Positions 50,565-63,303 of a stretch of 64,000 nt of DNA are shown here, one piece after another. This stretch comes from Moniliella sp. 'wahieum' (lineage: Eukaryota), in contig RSEE01000069.1 of assembly GCA_003971905.1 (NCBI GenBank), positions 186,001 through 250,000 on the forward strand, written 5' to 3'. The position numbers were made by a program, and so were the translations under genes. Below the pieces are notes generated by a model, which was given only the letters and a program-made list of their open reading frames with translations, did no database searches and was not told where the DNA came from. Every line of letters begins with the position of its first letter. The stretch's first letter is position 1.

Positions 50565-51078
50565 CCAAAAATGACCATTGGCGTTCGGCGTTCCAGCAAG
50601 CACGGGTCTGGCTTCGGTGTCCTTCCAGGGCAAGGTGAGGAGCGGTGGGCACTTTCTGTGCCTGCAATCCAGCGCCATTCCTGGCCACCACGCATCAGGC
50701 GTCATGAAAGAGAAGAGAGGGAGAATGAAGCACGTTCAATGGTAAGGCAGTGCCAGGCATAGGACACCATATGGTTCGATACGATGCGATCCGATCCGAT
50801 ACGATACGAGTCAGCTGTGCCCTGCCCGACTGGAAAGAGATGATCAAGGGAGGCAGACACCGAAAGCGATGCGAGGGAGGATAACTGAGTATAGCGCGGA
50901 TGGGGGGGGGTTGGACAGTAAAACGCAAGACAAGAGGACAAACAGACAAAATGGGGAGGGGGGGTGGAGAGGGGGAAGAAGCAAACGTTGGTTTCGGATA
51001 GTGCGGCACAGTCGAGGGCGCGGCCAAGGCTCAGGCGGTGGCAAAGGGAGAAGGCGAGGTAGGGAGGGACGTGGAAAT

Positions 51079-51079
51079 G

Positions 51080-51134
<55 letters not shown>

Positions 51135-51137
51135 CAG
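51079..51137. repeat. (GCCAGA) x9 microsatellite
   Basis: Perfect hexamer array. Confidence 0.95.
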
Positions 51138-51289
51138 TGTCGGGTGGCAGCATTACGGGCCCGGGCGCGGAGTGGGAGGAAAAGCGGCTTGGTCAGAAGG
51201 TGGGGCTCGTAAACAAGAGGCCTGAAGCTGCAGTGCGATGGACAAAAGGGGGAGGTATCGATAAATAGCGTCAAGGGTCCGAGGGGTGG

Positions 51290-53243
51290 TTACGTGCAAA
51301 TCGTCAAGGACGAGTCTTGGGTTTTACGGCGGGAGAAGGAGGCGGTGCGCGACGTGTCGGGTAGGTTGGGGGTGGACGTGCGGCTGGTCCGGGACCCAGC
51401 GGGCGAGCTACGGCCCAGGGGTGGGGTCGCCCCCTCTGCCGTGAACAGTGAGGGGGCGGAGCCCACCCGAGCACGACGAAGGCTCGGCAAGTTCTTCCCC
51501 ACTGCCCGAGATGGCCGCACCGAGCCCAGCGGAGCGGAGGAGGCCACCGAGGCCGCGGCTGCATTCGCCTGCACCATGATGCGCGACAGGGCTTTGCGGG
51601 ACGAATCGGGGGCAGGAGGATCAAAGAGCAGTTGAGCCACCTCGTCCAGCACCGGTTGAGCCTCGTCATCCATTGCCAGTGGCTCCTCGGGCCGCGAGAC
51701 TGGATTTTCTCGAGACCACACTTTGGGGGCAGAACGGTAGGCTGCACCAGCACGCCGTGCAGCCTCCTGGGCGGCCCGTCGCTCGTGCAGCATTCGTTGT
51801 GGCGTAGGCCGGCGCCAGTCCCATTCGGGCCCAGCCGCAGCACGGCCGGGGAAGAAGCGTTCAAACCAGAGATCGGGTTCTTCACTCGATGAGAGAAGGG
51901 GGGACGTCGTTCCATCCGGCGAGGGGGAGAGGGGAGCAGAGGAAGCACCATCATCGGGACTCAGAGTAGAGGGGAAGGAGCGGGGCTCATCGAACCCCTG
52001 GCCTGAGCTAGAGCGCAGGGGAGCGGCATGCCGAGCATGGGAGCGGGCGTGGACTTGCGCATGGGCAGCCGCATGCATCGCATGCGCCGAGATGGCGTGC
52101 CAGCGCAAATCTCGGCGGGAGCTGGCCGTTAATCCCATACCACCCAACGATTCCTCCAGCGAAGAGCGTAGGGACGCATGCTGTGTCCGGTCGCGGGACG
52201 AATGCAGGTCGCGTGCACTGGATAAGAGCGCATTGAGTTGAACGCGAGTCCGGGCACGTGCGTGGGACTCGACGTAGGGCTGCCAATCAGGTTCGGTGAG
52301 CCGGATTCGGCGGCCGGCACTCGACCTTGCGATGACCCCGATGCACGTCGAAACATCCGAAACGAGTCGGAAATGGGGGCGCGTGCACTCGATGAAGAAT
52401 CCAACACTCGTTGGGGGGAGAGAAGGATAGGGTCGGGGGCCGAGGCTCGCCTTTTTCCCACGGTAGACGACGGTCGGAAGTCGTCACTGCCAGCTCCTGG
52501 TGGCAAAACGGATAGGGGGAAAGCGCTGGGTGGAGGGGATGATAGGCCTTTCTTGCCTCCTCCTGGGCCCAAGTGGACGGTGATGGGGTTGGACTGCAAG
52601 GGGGTGGTGGGGTCGTTGGAGGTAATGGCAGCCAGGAGAGAGCAATCTTCGCTCGAGTCGAACGTATGATCTTGGTCCTCTCCCTGATGGCATCGGGGTC
52701 CGACATGGACATCAGGCGATCTGACGCCTGTCCGCGGACCACACGCGCATCCAGCTCCGCCTGGGCCTGCATGGCCATGTGGTGCAACTGGAGCGCCAGA
52801 CCTTGAAGCGGACCTTCGGATCCAGCAGGGCCGGGGTCAGACTCGGAATCGGTATCGAGCGCATACTCGCTGAAACTGGACGGTTCGAGGCGGAGCCTCC
52901 CCGTTTCCGACCATGCGATGGAAAAGAGTTGTGCAGGCTGCGGAGCTTGGCTGTGGGCGATGGTGGTGGATGTGGTGTGGTGCACCTGGATCGGAGCGTG
53001 ACGGGGGGCACCGAGGCGGGAGGAGCGGGTGGGTTGGCGGGCCATGAGGTCATCGTCGTCAGCACTGACGTAGTTTTCTCCATCGCTTGGCACGCCGCCG
53101 TGGCCAAAGGGGCCGAGGCGCAGGAGAGCGTGCTGGAGCAGGTGCAGGAGCGGAGCCAGGACGGCGCCTAGGCCGCGCAGCGCGAGGGTCAACACCACGG
53201 TCACCATGCGGAGGAGCATGGGGAGGAACGGGGGCAGGGGCAA
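51290..53243 (-). CDS. Hypothetical protein: hydrophobic N-terminus, largely disordered Ser/Pro-rich
   Basis: Three long overlapping minus-strand ORFs (52287-53243, 52129-52599, 51290-52147) joinable by frameshifts. No recognised domain. Confidence 0.5.
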
Positions 53244-55343
53244 GTTGCGGGTGGGCGAGGGGGCGGGTGGTTTGGCGTCTGGTGGAGAGCGGGGGTACGC
53301 GGGCGGGGGCGAGCGGGGGGCATGGGAGGTGGGTGGATGGACGCGGAAGTGACGACGGTGGCGGTGGCGGTGGCTAGAGGACGGCGCGGCTGGTGGACAT
53401 GGAGAGGGCTGGAGGGGGGGCGGGGGGGCTGGTGGTGCACGGGGCGGGTGTTGGGTGGAGATGGATGGGATGAGATCGAGCGGCGGCGGATGGGATTCAG
53501 GCAGAGATCAGATCCAGAGAGGCTCAGCGCAAGCACATGTGCTGAATGCTGGATGCGCTGAATGCGCTCCGCACCCAGCCGCAGCCATGCTGAAGCCAAC
53601 CCCGCCAGCCGATTGCGGGGCGGCGTCCCGCAGCGTGCGGCACGGGCAGTCCCCTGCGCCGTGTTGTCCCCCGCATCCACGCCGCAGCGCGTGAGTTTCC
53701 CTCCCCCGCCGCCCACTGTGACGTGTGATGAGTGACGTGTGACGCGTGAAACGCCCGCACCAGTGCTCGGCTGGTGCCAGGGACCAGGTCCGGGACAGGG
53801 CACATGGCCGCACTCTCAGGACTGGCCGCTCGGAAATCCGCGTGCGTGCGGGTGGTATTGCGTGCAGCTGCGTGCATCTGCGTGCGCCGGCCGAACATGC
53901 AAACAGCTGCCCACCAAATGCATCATCATCATGCATCATCGACATCATCGATAATTAATCATTGGCCAATCGACAACCACATCCAAGATCGAATCCCACC
54001 CCTCCCCGCCGCCCACGCCCACGTTGCCAACGCCCTACCACCGCCTCCCCACTCCTCGCGATGGCATGCCGAGCATCTTTGACGCCGCCCCCACACTGTC
54101 ACTCACGCTTATCCACTCAGTACTCACACTTATCCACTCACATTCTCACAGGTGCCAGTGCTAGTGATCTCGATCATGATCAACAGTAGTGACTAGTGCT
54201 AGTGACTATGGCTGCCCTCGTCCCTATCTCAGATCTCATGCCCTTAATTTGTCCTTCCTCCACGCTCCACCGGCCACCCTTCAAGCTTCACTCTTTGCCC
54301 TCCGGGCCGCACAGTCGCAACGGCGTCCATCTACATCCACACTGCCTACAGCCATAGTGGTCACCGTCACCAGCCACCTTTTCGAAAAGACTGTGTATCG
54401 AGTATCCTTCATTTTGCATCATTTTCCGATTCCTCCCCCCCCACTGCCCAGCCTCACCGTGAGACTCACCACTCCGCCTCGCTGTTGCTCGGTGTGATTA
54501 ATGAATCGATTACACTCAAGCTCGCGCCCTCCCGCGCAGCGATATCGTCTTCCCGCCGCGTCACGCGTCACCATCCTCGTATGCCGACCACAGCGACCAC
54601 GGTCAGCTACCGCTTCAACCGACCGCCAATGATCGATGATGGATGAGGCCGGTGAGGACAAACCCCTGCTCCACCTTCTTTCACAAAGAGTAATGACGTC
54701 AATGGCGGCATAGTCTTCGAGAATGTCGACGACGGGCACATGAGCACAGCCATCGCGATGATACACGTAACATGCAACACCTGTGGGTAGGCGCGTGACG
54801 CGTGATCAATGATCGATGGTCTCGATCAATGTCAGATCGATGTAAAAAAAGGTAGTGGACTTGGGTCGACGGCGTGGTCATATAACTGCTCGGACGCAGT
54901 CTCGCAAGAGCCGCAGAAGAGACATGGTACAGAACCAGCCAGTCTACCACATCATCGTGGCCACTCCATACCTGTCATACCTGTTGCGCTCCATCAGTTC
55001 TGTGTCCTGCATCCATCTTCCATTGCATATACTTGGTATACTCTGCTGCTAATAGTAAAATGTCTTCGTCAAAGATGATGCTTCTGTACGCGGTAATAGC
55101 GCTTGTGTCACGGTACCGCTTGTCATCTCGATCTCACCAAACGGGCGTCGCAAAAACGGGGGAGGGAATGGAAAGGGAGAACAGGAGTAGGGGACCGACA
55201 GAAGGGCGAGGGGGATCGCTGATATATGCCCTTGCCAAGGCCTCCTCCCTATGCAGGCAACGAAATTTTTCGTCCAAGAAAGAAGAGAGAAGAAAGGAAA
55301 GCGTGCGCACTATACGAAATGCGAGGGGGGCACTTGGCGCCCA

Positions 55344-57630
55344 TCAATTGTGACTGGTCAAAGTCCAGTCGTCCAGAGCCACGTTCTTTGGCTGCTTGGC
55401 GTCGTCGGCGCCCAAATCATCCCACTGCGGCTGCCACCAAGTCTGGACTGTCTGGTTCTGCTGCCCGGGTTTAAGGGCAATGGTCAAGGTGGTCACACCG
55501 TCGTTGGAAGGATTGGTAAAGGTGTCCGTGTAGGACTTGCCCTTGCCCGCTGGACTGCTGGTTTTAAACTTGGCATCGGCCGGGGAGAGAAGAGAGCTTG
55601 AGGGTCTTTTTGGCTACGGGGATGGTCAAGTCAGTGGCGGCATTGGGGTTGGTGATCTTATCGATGGTCAAGGTGGCCGTGCGAGCATCCGACGAAAGCT
55701 CGACCGTCGCATTGGTCTGAATCCGCCATTGTACCCGCTTCTTGCCCACGGAACTGGCAATTTCATCTTGCTGCCAGCACTTGGCGCCGCGCGTTGAGCG
55801 GACGAATGCCCCGTTTGACTGAACCGGCCGTTGCGTTGTACAGCCCACTCAGGTCGGTCACAAAGAAGGCCGTGTCGTCGTCCGAAGGCTTAAAATCGAT
55901 CTCCTCTGTCTGCTGCGCCGACTTGGCTGAGCCAAAGCGCGAGGTGGGTACCGCCTCCACGTTCTGGTCCTTGCCATCGACCACGATCGTGTTTTGACCG
56001 AGGGTGCGCTTACGGAAGTAGGTCCAGCGCTGGGCCGTCTGCTCCTCCGAGGTAAAGTAGCCAGGGGACAGATACTGCGCCGAGCCAAACTCACCTGCCC
56101 ACCGGGTCCCCAGCGCATCAATCACAAAGTCGCCACCGTCCAGATCTCCGTGGGTCTGATGACCAAGAAGCTTGGACGCCTTCATACCAATGTACAATCC
56201 GTTAAAGTCGGTCCACGAAGAGCGCATGCTCATCCAGGTACCGTTCCCCCCGACTGGTTGAAATGCTGATCGAGGTTTTTACCGTTCCAGAACGCACCCT
56301 TGGCCGTCTCATCGTACCAGAACAGCGCCAACGGGTCCCCCAGCGCGTCCGCCCGGTCCCTCTGGTAGAGAGTGAATTGAGGCTGCTTGTACTGCTTGCC
56401 CCACCAAAGCATCCCGTTGGCGTTGGAGGAGTACTTGTTGGGGCCATGGTCGCCATATGCAAACAGCCCGGCATTGCCCGCCACGTACATGTGGAACGTT
56501 CCCGTCTTCCAAAAGGACGTACTCAAGCCTTGGTTGGAACCTGTAGCAGAGATCAAGGCCGATTCCGCACGTACGGCGGCATTCGTGCCAAAGTACCAGT
56601 AGTTGGGCGTCTCGGGCCAGGTACCGTCGGCATAGGGGCCTTGGAAACAGTTTTGCTTGATGTTGCCTAGCGCCGCGTCGAATACTTTGTCCGCCGTCTG
56701 GGCCGGGTCATCACTGGCATCCCCTTTAATGGCCAACGCACCCAACAGCAAACCCGAGTTGCATACACAGTTCCAGTTGCCAAATCCGTTGGACGCCTGG
56801 GTCCACCACCCGGTGGTCGCGTTGCCATTGTATGCGTCCTGACCCGGTTTGAGGCCGAGGGATGATGCTCCAACGGATCGCTTCGCGCTGTTTGGGCGTC
56901 CATGCATCGTACAGCCAATCGTACCCAATCGCAAACGCGCCGTCATTTCGCCCGTATCGAGGAAATGGGACGGGTTCCAGTGCTGGTCCGGAAGCGGTGC
57001 AGGGCCCTGGCCAAACGGCTGGGATGTGTTGCCGGCTGCAACGTGCAGTTCACGCCAGACACGCTTGCTCCATTTCTTGTCCTGGGTAAGGCGGTAGACA
57101 TACGACCAAGCCCGCACACGCTGCTGCACTTGACGCGATACATCCAAAATACCCGAGCCAGCATAGCCACCGTCAATGGTAGTTGACCGGCGCCATGGAG
57201 TACCAGGCGGTGGCGTTGGCGAAAACTGAGGCGTTCATCGCTTGCAGATACGGATCCCCCTTGATGCGATCAGGCAGACAATCCCACATGTAGCTGGGGG
57301 CAATGATGCGCGGGTGGGAGCGGAGCTTGCTTGTTGATAGCGACGAGGAGGACGGATCCTTGCACTGCACCGAAGGGTCCCCGTTCCCACTCGGGGCCGA
57401 GGTGTCGACATTGTCCTTAAACTGGGGGTTGCCGTACGGATCGGTGCCGTTGTAGTAGACCTCTTCTGTCGTTGCTTTGGCGCGCTTGTCCATCGCCGGG
57501 GCCAGGTGGCGGCGGGTCAACAAGGCATCAATGCCGTCGTGGCTGCGTGCGGGACACGGACCATAGATGCGGCTGTGGTCTGGAGGGCAACGGCAGCCGC
57601 CAGCACAGTTGCCATGGCTAGGCTGCGCAT
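55344..57630 (-). CDS. Secreted heparinase II/III-like polysaccharide lyase (fungal type, probably PL35-like)
   Basis: Signal peptide MRSLAMATVLAAAVAL, then HPRII, WNPSHFLDTGEM, NWNCVCNSG, DGTWPETPNYWYFGT, HGDLDGGDFVIDALGTRWA, YFRKRTLGQNT. Confidence 0.85.
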
Positions 57631-58245
57631 GTTGGTGAAAGAGTGTGGGGAGGGGGTCAAAAGGAGTGTGTGTGTATGGGGAGGGGGAAAGCAGAAGCAG
57701 AAGCTGATGGTTATGGGGTGGTGGTGGAAGGAAGACCGCTGTGCTAATAGGGATGCATGATGAGGAGACGACAATCCTAGAGTATAGGAGCACTCGATAT
57801 TATTGTGTAAACTGCTGCCAGGGCGTGGCGGGCGAGGGGGCACAGCGTCAGTGTCTCGCTGTTTTGCTCCACTCGCTCCGCTCTGCTCGCGCACTGCTTT
57901 TGCTTTGCCGCGCCTCCTCTCGCGCTCTCGCTCTCGTCCCCTGGCGCGGGTGAGAGTGCCTGCCCCCCTCCCCTCAGGCCTCAAGCGCGGCCTCGAGCTA
58001 GACACCCCCTTGGGCCATGCCCCAACGGCCCAAGAGACCTCCAAGCGCTGGCACAAAATCAGCCTATATATGAACAGACGCCACTAGCCACACACACCCT
58101 GTGGCACCCTCCCAAGAGTGATACTGCAGTGAGTGTTGTGGCTCTGATCATGATCTCAGTAGTGGATCCAACAGGGCATTACGCTAGCCTATTCACCTAA
58201 GGCTACATGCAAAGCTTGCAGTGAGATTATTCAAGACTCCCAAAC

Positions 58246-58250
58246 AAAAA
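58246..58250 (-). terminator. RNA Pol III terminator (T5)
   Basis: TTTTT on the minus strand, 1 nt after the tRNA 3' end. Confidence 0.8.
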
Positions 58251-58251
58251 G

Positions 58252-58348
58252 TGGTCAATATGAGGCTTGAACTCATGACCTTGGCATCACCAACACTTTT
58301 CAAAGAAACATATTAGTACCACGCTCTGACCAACTGAGCTAATCGACC
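58252..58348 (-). tRNA. tRNA-Ile(AAT) with 23-nt intron (58288-58310)
   Basis: Acceptor GGTCGAT/ATTGACC+A, D-arm GCTC..GAGC, anticodon stem TGGTA/TGCCA with loop CT-AAT-A^A, T-arm ATGAG-TTCAAGC-CTCAT. Confidence 0.95.
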
Positions 58349-58465
58349 GGATGGCTGTGTTTTGTCGTCATTGGTTGGTGCTAAATGCATGCTTGAGGAT
58401 GTCGTGCGGTGCAACCCACACCACCTCACATGCCACATGCCACTCCGCTGCCCAACCCTACCACC

Positions 58466-60475
58466 ATGGCCGCCGCCGACCCCCCGCCCTCCGCCGCGGC
58501 CGCCGTCGGCATCAGCGCCCGCGCCCGCACCCCCACCAGCCTCGGCGCCTCCGCCTCCGCCTCCTTCTGCCCCCGCCCCCCCCCTCCTGCCCCCACCACC
58601 GCGTCTGCCCCCGATCCTAATGCACACCGTCCTTCCGCCTCTCCACAGCGGCCTCCAGCCTCGCCCCGCCCCCGCCCCCGGCCCCGCCTTATGACTTGAA
58701 CATGCAGATGCAGTTGGCTGTCGCCGCTGCCGCCGCGGCCGCGGCGGGCCCGCAGCGTGATGCGTCGGCCGGGGAGCAGGCCGATGCGACCCAAGGCGTG
58801 CAAACACCTGCTGCTGCTTGGGCATATCCGCCTGGCTTTGACGCGCTCCAAGCGGGGATGCCGTTTTTTCGATGGCGACGGGCCCGGTCAATGTGGATGC
58901 CAGCAAACGGCACTCTCTGTACAACACTGGCGGCAATACCATTGGTCGCAAGGCGTGGCTCCCCGAAGAGACAGAGGCGCTCATGTCGTCGTTGCACGAA
59001 ATCTGCTCCTTCAAGCAGGAGTACAATGGGATTCAGCCGTATGCGATTGTGTTGCGCTGGCACGGCGTTGGCGGCGTGCGCTCTAGCATCTTGGCCACCG
59101 GAACAACATGCAGCTCAAGGACAAGTCGCGCAACGAACTGCTGCGCCTCAAACGCGCCAACCAACCCATTCCGTTCTGGAAGAACCTGCTGCACAAGACC
59201 CTGTGGGTACGTTGCGTCCTGTTCCTGTTCCTCTCTTCCCACTGTACCACTAACTCGTTCCTCGCGCGAAGAACGACGAGGCGCAAGGGGTAATCGTCGA
59301 GGCCAACCCGCCTGTTCCTCCCTTGGATCAAGCGTTGGAGCACGGCTGGGTACCAAGCGACTTTGGTGAAGGCCATGGCGATGAACGCGGAATGTCTGGC
59401 ACCCGATCCCGTGCGGCGCGCGAGGCGGCAGCGGCGCGGAAGTTGCGCCGCTCTCGCCAAACCGAGGAAGAGAAGAGAGGCTAGGGATGGAACAGGGACT
59501 GGATGCGCAAACTCAAGCTCAGGCTCGAGCTCAGGCGGTCTTGGCTTACCTTCCTCCCCCCCGCCCACTGTTGCCGTGCTCCCAACACCGCAGCACAGCC
59601 AAAGTACCGACGCTGCTGCCTACGCCGCGCACGATGCCGAGGTGGATAAGGGACAGAACAAGAAACGCAAACACGTTGAGACGGATGCGTGGACATCTGC
59701 TACAGCCTCTATGGGCAGAGACGAAAGGCAAACGCCTTGCGGGGGCACCAGTTGGATACGCAGGCGGCCACCGCATCGGCCGCAGCTGCGCAGTTGCACA
59801 TCCAGGCGCAACAAGCCGCTGCCTCGTACACGGCTGCTGTTAACCAGCAACAACAGGCAGGCAAACAATCTGCCAGTTCGCAGCGCAAGGCCAATGCCAA
59901 TGCCAAGATCGCCTCGCTTCACGCTGCTGCCCACCACGCACAGGCTGCGGCCCAGGCCAGCATTCATGCCTGGCATTTGCACATGCAGCGTTTCCTTCCG
60001 GACCCTTCCCAGGCGGCGAGCGCGGCGCAAGCGGTCGTCGCAGCCGGGCAGGCGGGGCTCGCGGGGACGGACATGGCCCATTTCCAGTCGCAAATGGAGC
60101 AGTACGCAGCACATGTGGAAGCCCAGCGAGGTGCGTACCAGCCTGCTCCACCTGCTCCCGAGCCGCTGGATACGCCCAAGAAGAAGCGCTCCAAGTCCAA
60201 TTCCGTCGAGCCTGTCGATACGTCGCAGGGCGCGCCTGCTCCCCCGATCCCGCGCCCCCGTCAGGGCAGGACGCGGCTGCACACGCGGCCAACCAGGCAT
60301 TGCAGTCGCTCGAGAACGGAGCGTGGAACTTGCCCTCGCTCGCTTCGAATCCTGGGAATGCGTCTGTGCATCTCCCTCCTTCCAATCCTACCTCCGCCTC
60401 CGGCCCCGACACGGAGCAGTCAACAGCCGCGCCTGGGGGCGCCCCTTTGCCGCCATCAGAGGCCAGGCAGTTTAG
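58466..60475 (+). CDS. Tbf1/TRF-type telobox Myb-domain protein with Ala/Gln-rich C-terminal region
   Basis: RKAWLPEETEALMSSL..AIVLRWHGVGGVRSSILA, frameshift, NNMQLKDKSRN..PIP. This matches the fungal Tbf1 Myb pattern (R-x-W-x-x-EE-x-x-AL..IL-x-x-(H/Y)G-x-GG-x-x-S-x-x-L-x-x-R-x-x-x-QLKDKARN). Ends approximate. Confidence 0.75.
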
Positions 60476-60914
60476 TTGTGGTGCATGTGCGCTGCGAAGA
60501 TCACCGGTGCGGATGAACTGGTTGTACTTGTCCCCCCTCTCCCCCCTCTCTCTCCCCTTTTTCTTACCTGTGCCTTCGCTTAATGGTTCCATTTCTGCCC
60601 CCACACGCGAAGGTGCCTCCGTGCCCCCACTGGATCTGCTCTTTGGTTGTTGTACATTTGTTTATGATTGGTCATCCCATGCTCTGTTGCTCATACTGCT
60701 CTCTGTTCCCGCTCCCGTCGCGTCCACAATAGAATCCTAGTCCCAGGCAGTACCTGGATCGAGGGGACTGGGGTGGCCAACGTCCTGGTTCTGTCCGGCC
60801 ATCTAGACCACCGTTACTGCATCACACGAGCCAGATGTATACAATTGACAGGATCAAAGCACAAATGAGGGATGGGATTACGGCCGCAGTACGGCGCGGG
60901 GCGCGTGACCGCGC

Positions 60915-62479
60915 TCAAAGGTCCTCGTGGCCCTCGACCGGGCGTCCTCAAACAGCTCGGGCTCGGTGGGGGTGACCTTGTTCACCCCATTCTCGGCGAT
61001 AAAGTCGATAAACGAGTCGAGGGAGCGGTCGCCAGTAAAGTCAATCAACTCCTTGGTGCCTGCCTTCTTGAACTTGATCGTGGGGAAGGAGCGCACCTGG
61101 AAGCCCGCACTCGGAGGCACGTCGTTCGTCGTCGCGTCCATCTGGCAATCACCAGCTTGGACTTGGCCGCAGGCGAGGAGAACTTGCTTGCCAACTCATC
61201 GTACACTGGGGCCAGCTTCTTGCAGTGGCCGCACCAGGGTGCGTAGAACTCCACCAGCACATCCTTCGCATCGTCAAACCCACCTCATCAAACTCGTCGG
61301 CGACAAGCGTGTACACAGGCTCGGTTTGCTTCGAAGGCACTGGCTCCGACTTGATCGAGGGCGCCACCTTGCCCTCCGAGTACTCCTGTACCCACTCGGC
61401 CAGACCCTCCGTCACCGCGCTCCCAGTGTGGGAGAAGGGATACTTGCCTGCCGTCGACAGGTCTTGGATCACAAACGCGGGCCAGTCATCGCCTTGCACA
61501 TTGAGTGCCTTGGCATGGTTGAAGAACTTGTCGGCATCAATCCAGACAAAGTTGATCTTGTTCTTGTACTCCTTGGCAATCTTCTTAATCACCTCCAAGT
61601 CGGCGTTTTTACCCTCATAGTTGGGCTGAGTAAAGTAGTAGGCCAGCGGCAGACCGGCCTCAGCGTAGGACATGAAGTTCTCCGGCCCCACCTCGTCCAC
61701 CAACGGAACCGACTGGGCCTTGACAAACGCCGTCAGCGCATCAACATCGGTCTTGTCACCGTCGTACACTACTTCGGGCTCATCAAACGAGCGGTAGAGC
61801 ACAATGGAAGGCTGGGTGGCACTAGTGGCTTCGGCAGCGCTGGCTTCGGTAGCAAGGCCAAACAGTAGGATTCCCGGTTTGCCTCAGCGACCTTCTTGTA
61901 CGCCTTGGCTTCCTCCGAGTCGGCCGAGGGAAGGTAGGCGACCGCCACTACCTTCTCGGCCTTGGTGAACGTCGTCACGTTCGAAGCGTCAACGTAGGAG
62001 GTGGGGGGCAGAGCTTGCTTGCGCATGTACGAGACAATCCCGTCGGCCTTGCGGCTGCCGCTGTAGTCGGCCGGCACGCCATTGCGGAAGACCTTGAGGG
62101 TGGGGAAGCCCTCGATTTGGTATTCACTGCACAGCGCCTGTTCCTGGGTGCAGTCGACCTTGGCCAACTTGATGCCTTCGGACTTGAGCTCGGTGGAGGC
62201 CGTCTCGTACTCGGGTGCGAGCGCCTGGCAGTGGCGGCACCAGGGCGCAAAGAACTCGACCAGCATCAGGTCCTGCAGCGAGGCAGAGAGGGTCAGCCGC
62301 CGCTCAGCGACTGTGGCAACGCACGTGCCACACACGTACCTGGTCATCGACGTTCTTCTTGAACGAGCTTTGCTGGAGGGAGAGCACATTGCTGTCGGGC
62401 GACTCGGTGGCCGAGCGGGGAGCAGGGTGGCCACCGACACGAGGGCAGCGAGCGCTGTGACCTTGGAGCTGAGCTTCAT
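60915..62479 (-). CDS. PDI1: Protein disulfide isomerase
   Basis: Signal peptide, VEFFAPWC(R)[55 protein letters not shown]-terminal GHEDL* after frame correction. Confidence 0.95.
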
Positions 62480-62624
62480 GGCGGGGGAGGTGGTGGGGGA
62501 GGTGGGCCGAGGGCGGGGCAGGAGACGCGCTTTAGTAGGTGGAGGTTAGGCCTGCTCGCTCCGTGGCTTCTGCTCCGAGGCGTGCGCAGGCCCACGGGGG
62601 CAGTCTCCACCGGCCGGCAGCCCA

Positions 62625-62706
62625 CCACGTGGAGCCTGCCACGTCGCCGCGGGGCCGTCGGCTGCCACGTGGAGCCACTTGGGGGGCCCTGCCGACGGTG
62701 ACGTCA
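62625..62706 (-). promoter_or_regulatory. Cluster of UPR-element-like bZIP sites upstream of PDI1
   Basis: CCACGTGG 62625, TGCCACGTCG 62637, TGCCACGTGG 62663, TGACGTCA 62699. Confidence 0.6.
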
Positions 62707-63303
62707 GCCGTCTGCGTTTCGCAGCGCAAGTGCTGCGCCGATGAGGTAAGCACCGGGCCTCGCCAACACAAACAAAATCGTCTGAAGTCAGAGATCAGCG
62801 GTCACCTGGTCACCCGGTCAGGCCTCTCCGACAGGCCTTACCTCCGGCTGCTACGCTAGCTAGCCCCGGCGCTCGGCCTTAGGGAGCCTTGCAGCGCCCA
62901 CACCCATAATTCTGGGCTGTGCGCTCGGTCAGGCTCGGCAGACCGGGTATTTAGCCTGCCATTGCAGGCAGCCAGCCGGCTGCCTTGGCTCTTCTGCGTA
63001 GTCCCCATGGCGGTGACCGGACTGAGCGACTGGTTGCCCCGGAAAAGACATGTTCCGACGCTGCACACTGGCCGCTTTGACTGTTGTTGAGACTGCTTCA
63101 TCCCATCTGCGGACGGGGTGATGGAGCGCAGATGCCACTATGCTTCTACCTTTTCCAGGCGGGCCACAACGACGTCCTACAACCTAGGATGAAGCGAGCC
63201 TGTCTCGCCGCACGGCGCCACAACGAATCGGATCGGGTTTGGGCTGCGTTAATTCACCCGGCGAACACCATGGTGCCCTACACGCCCCTCCCCCCGCCTC
63301 CGA

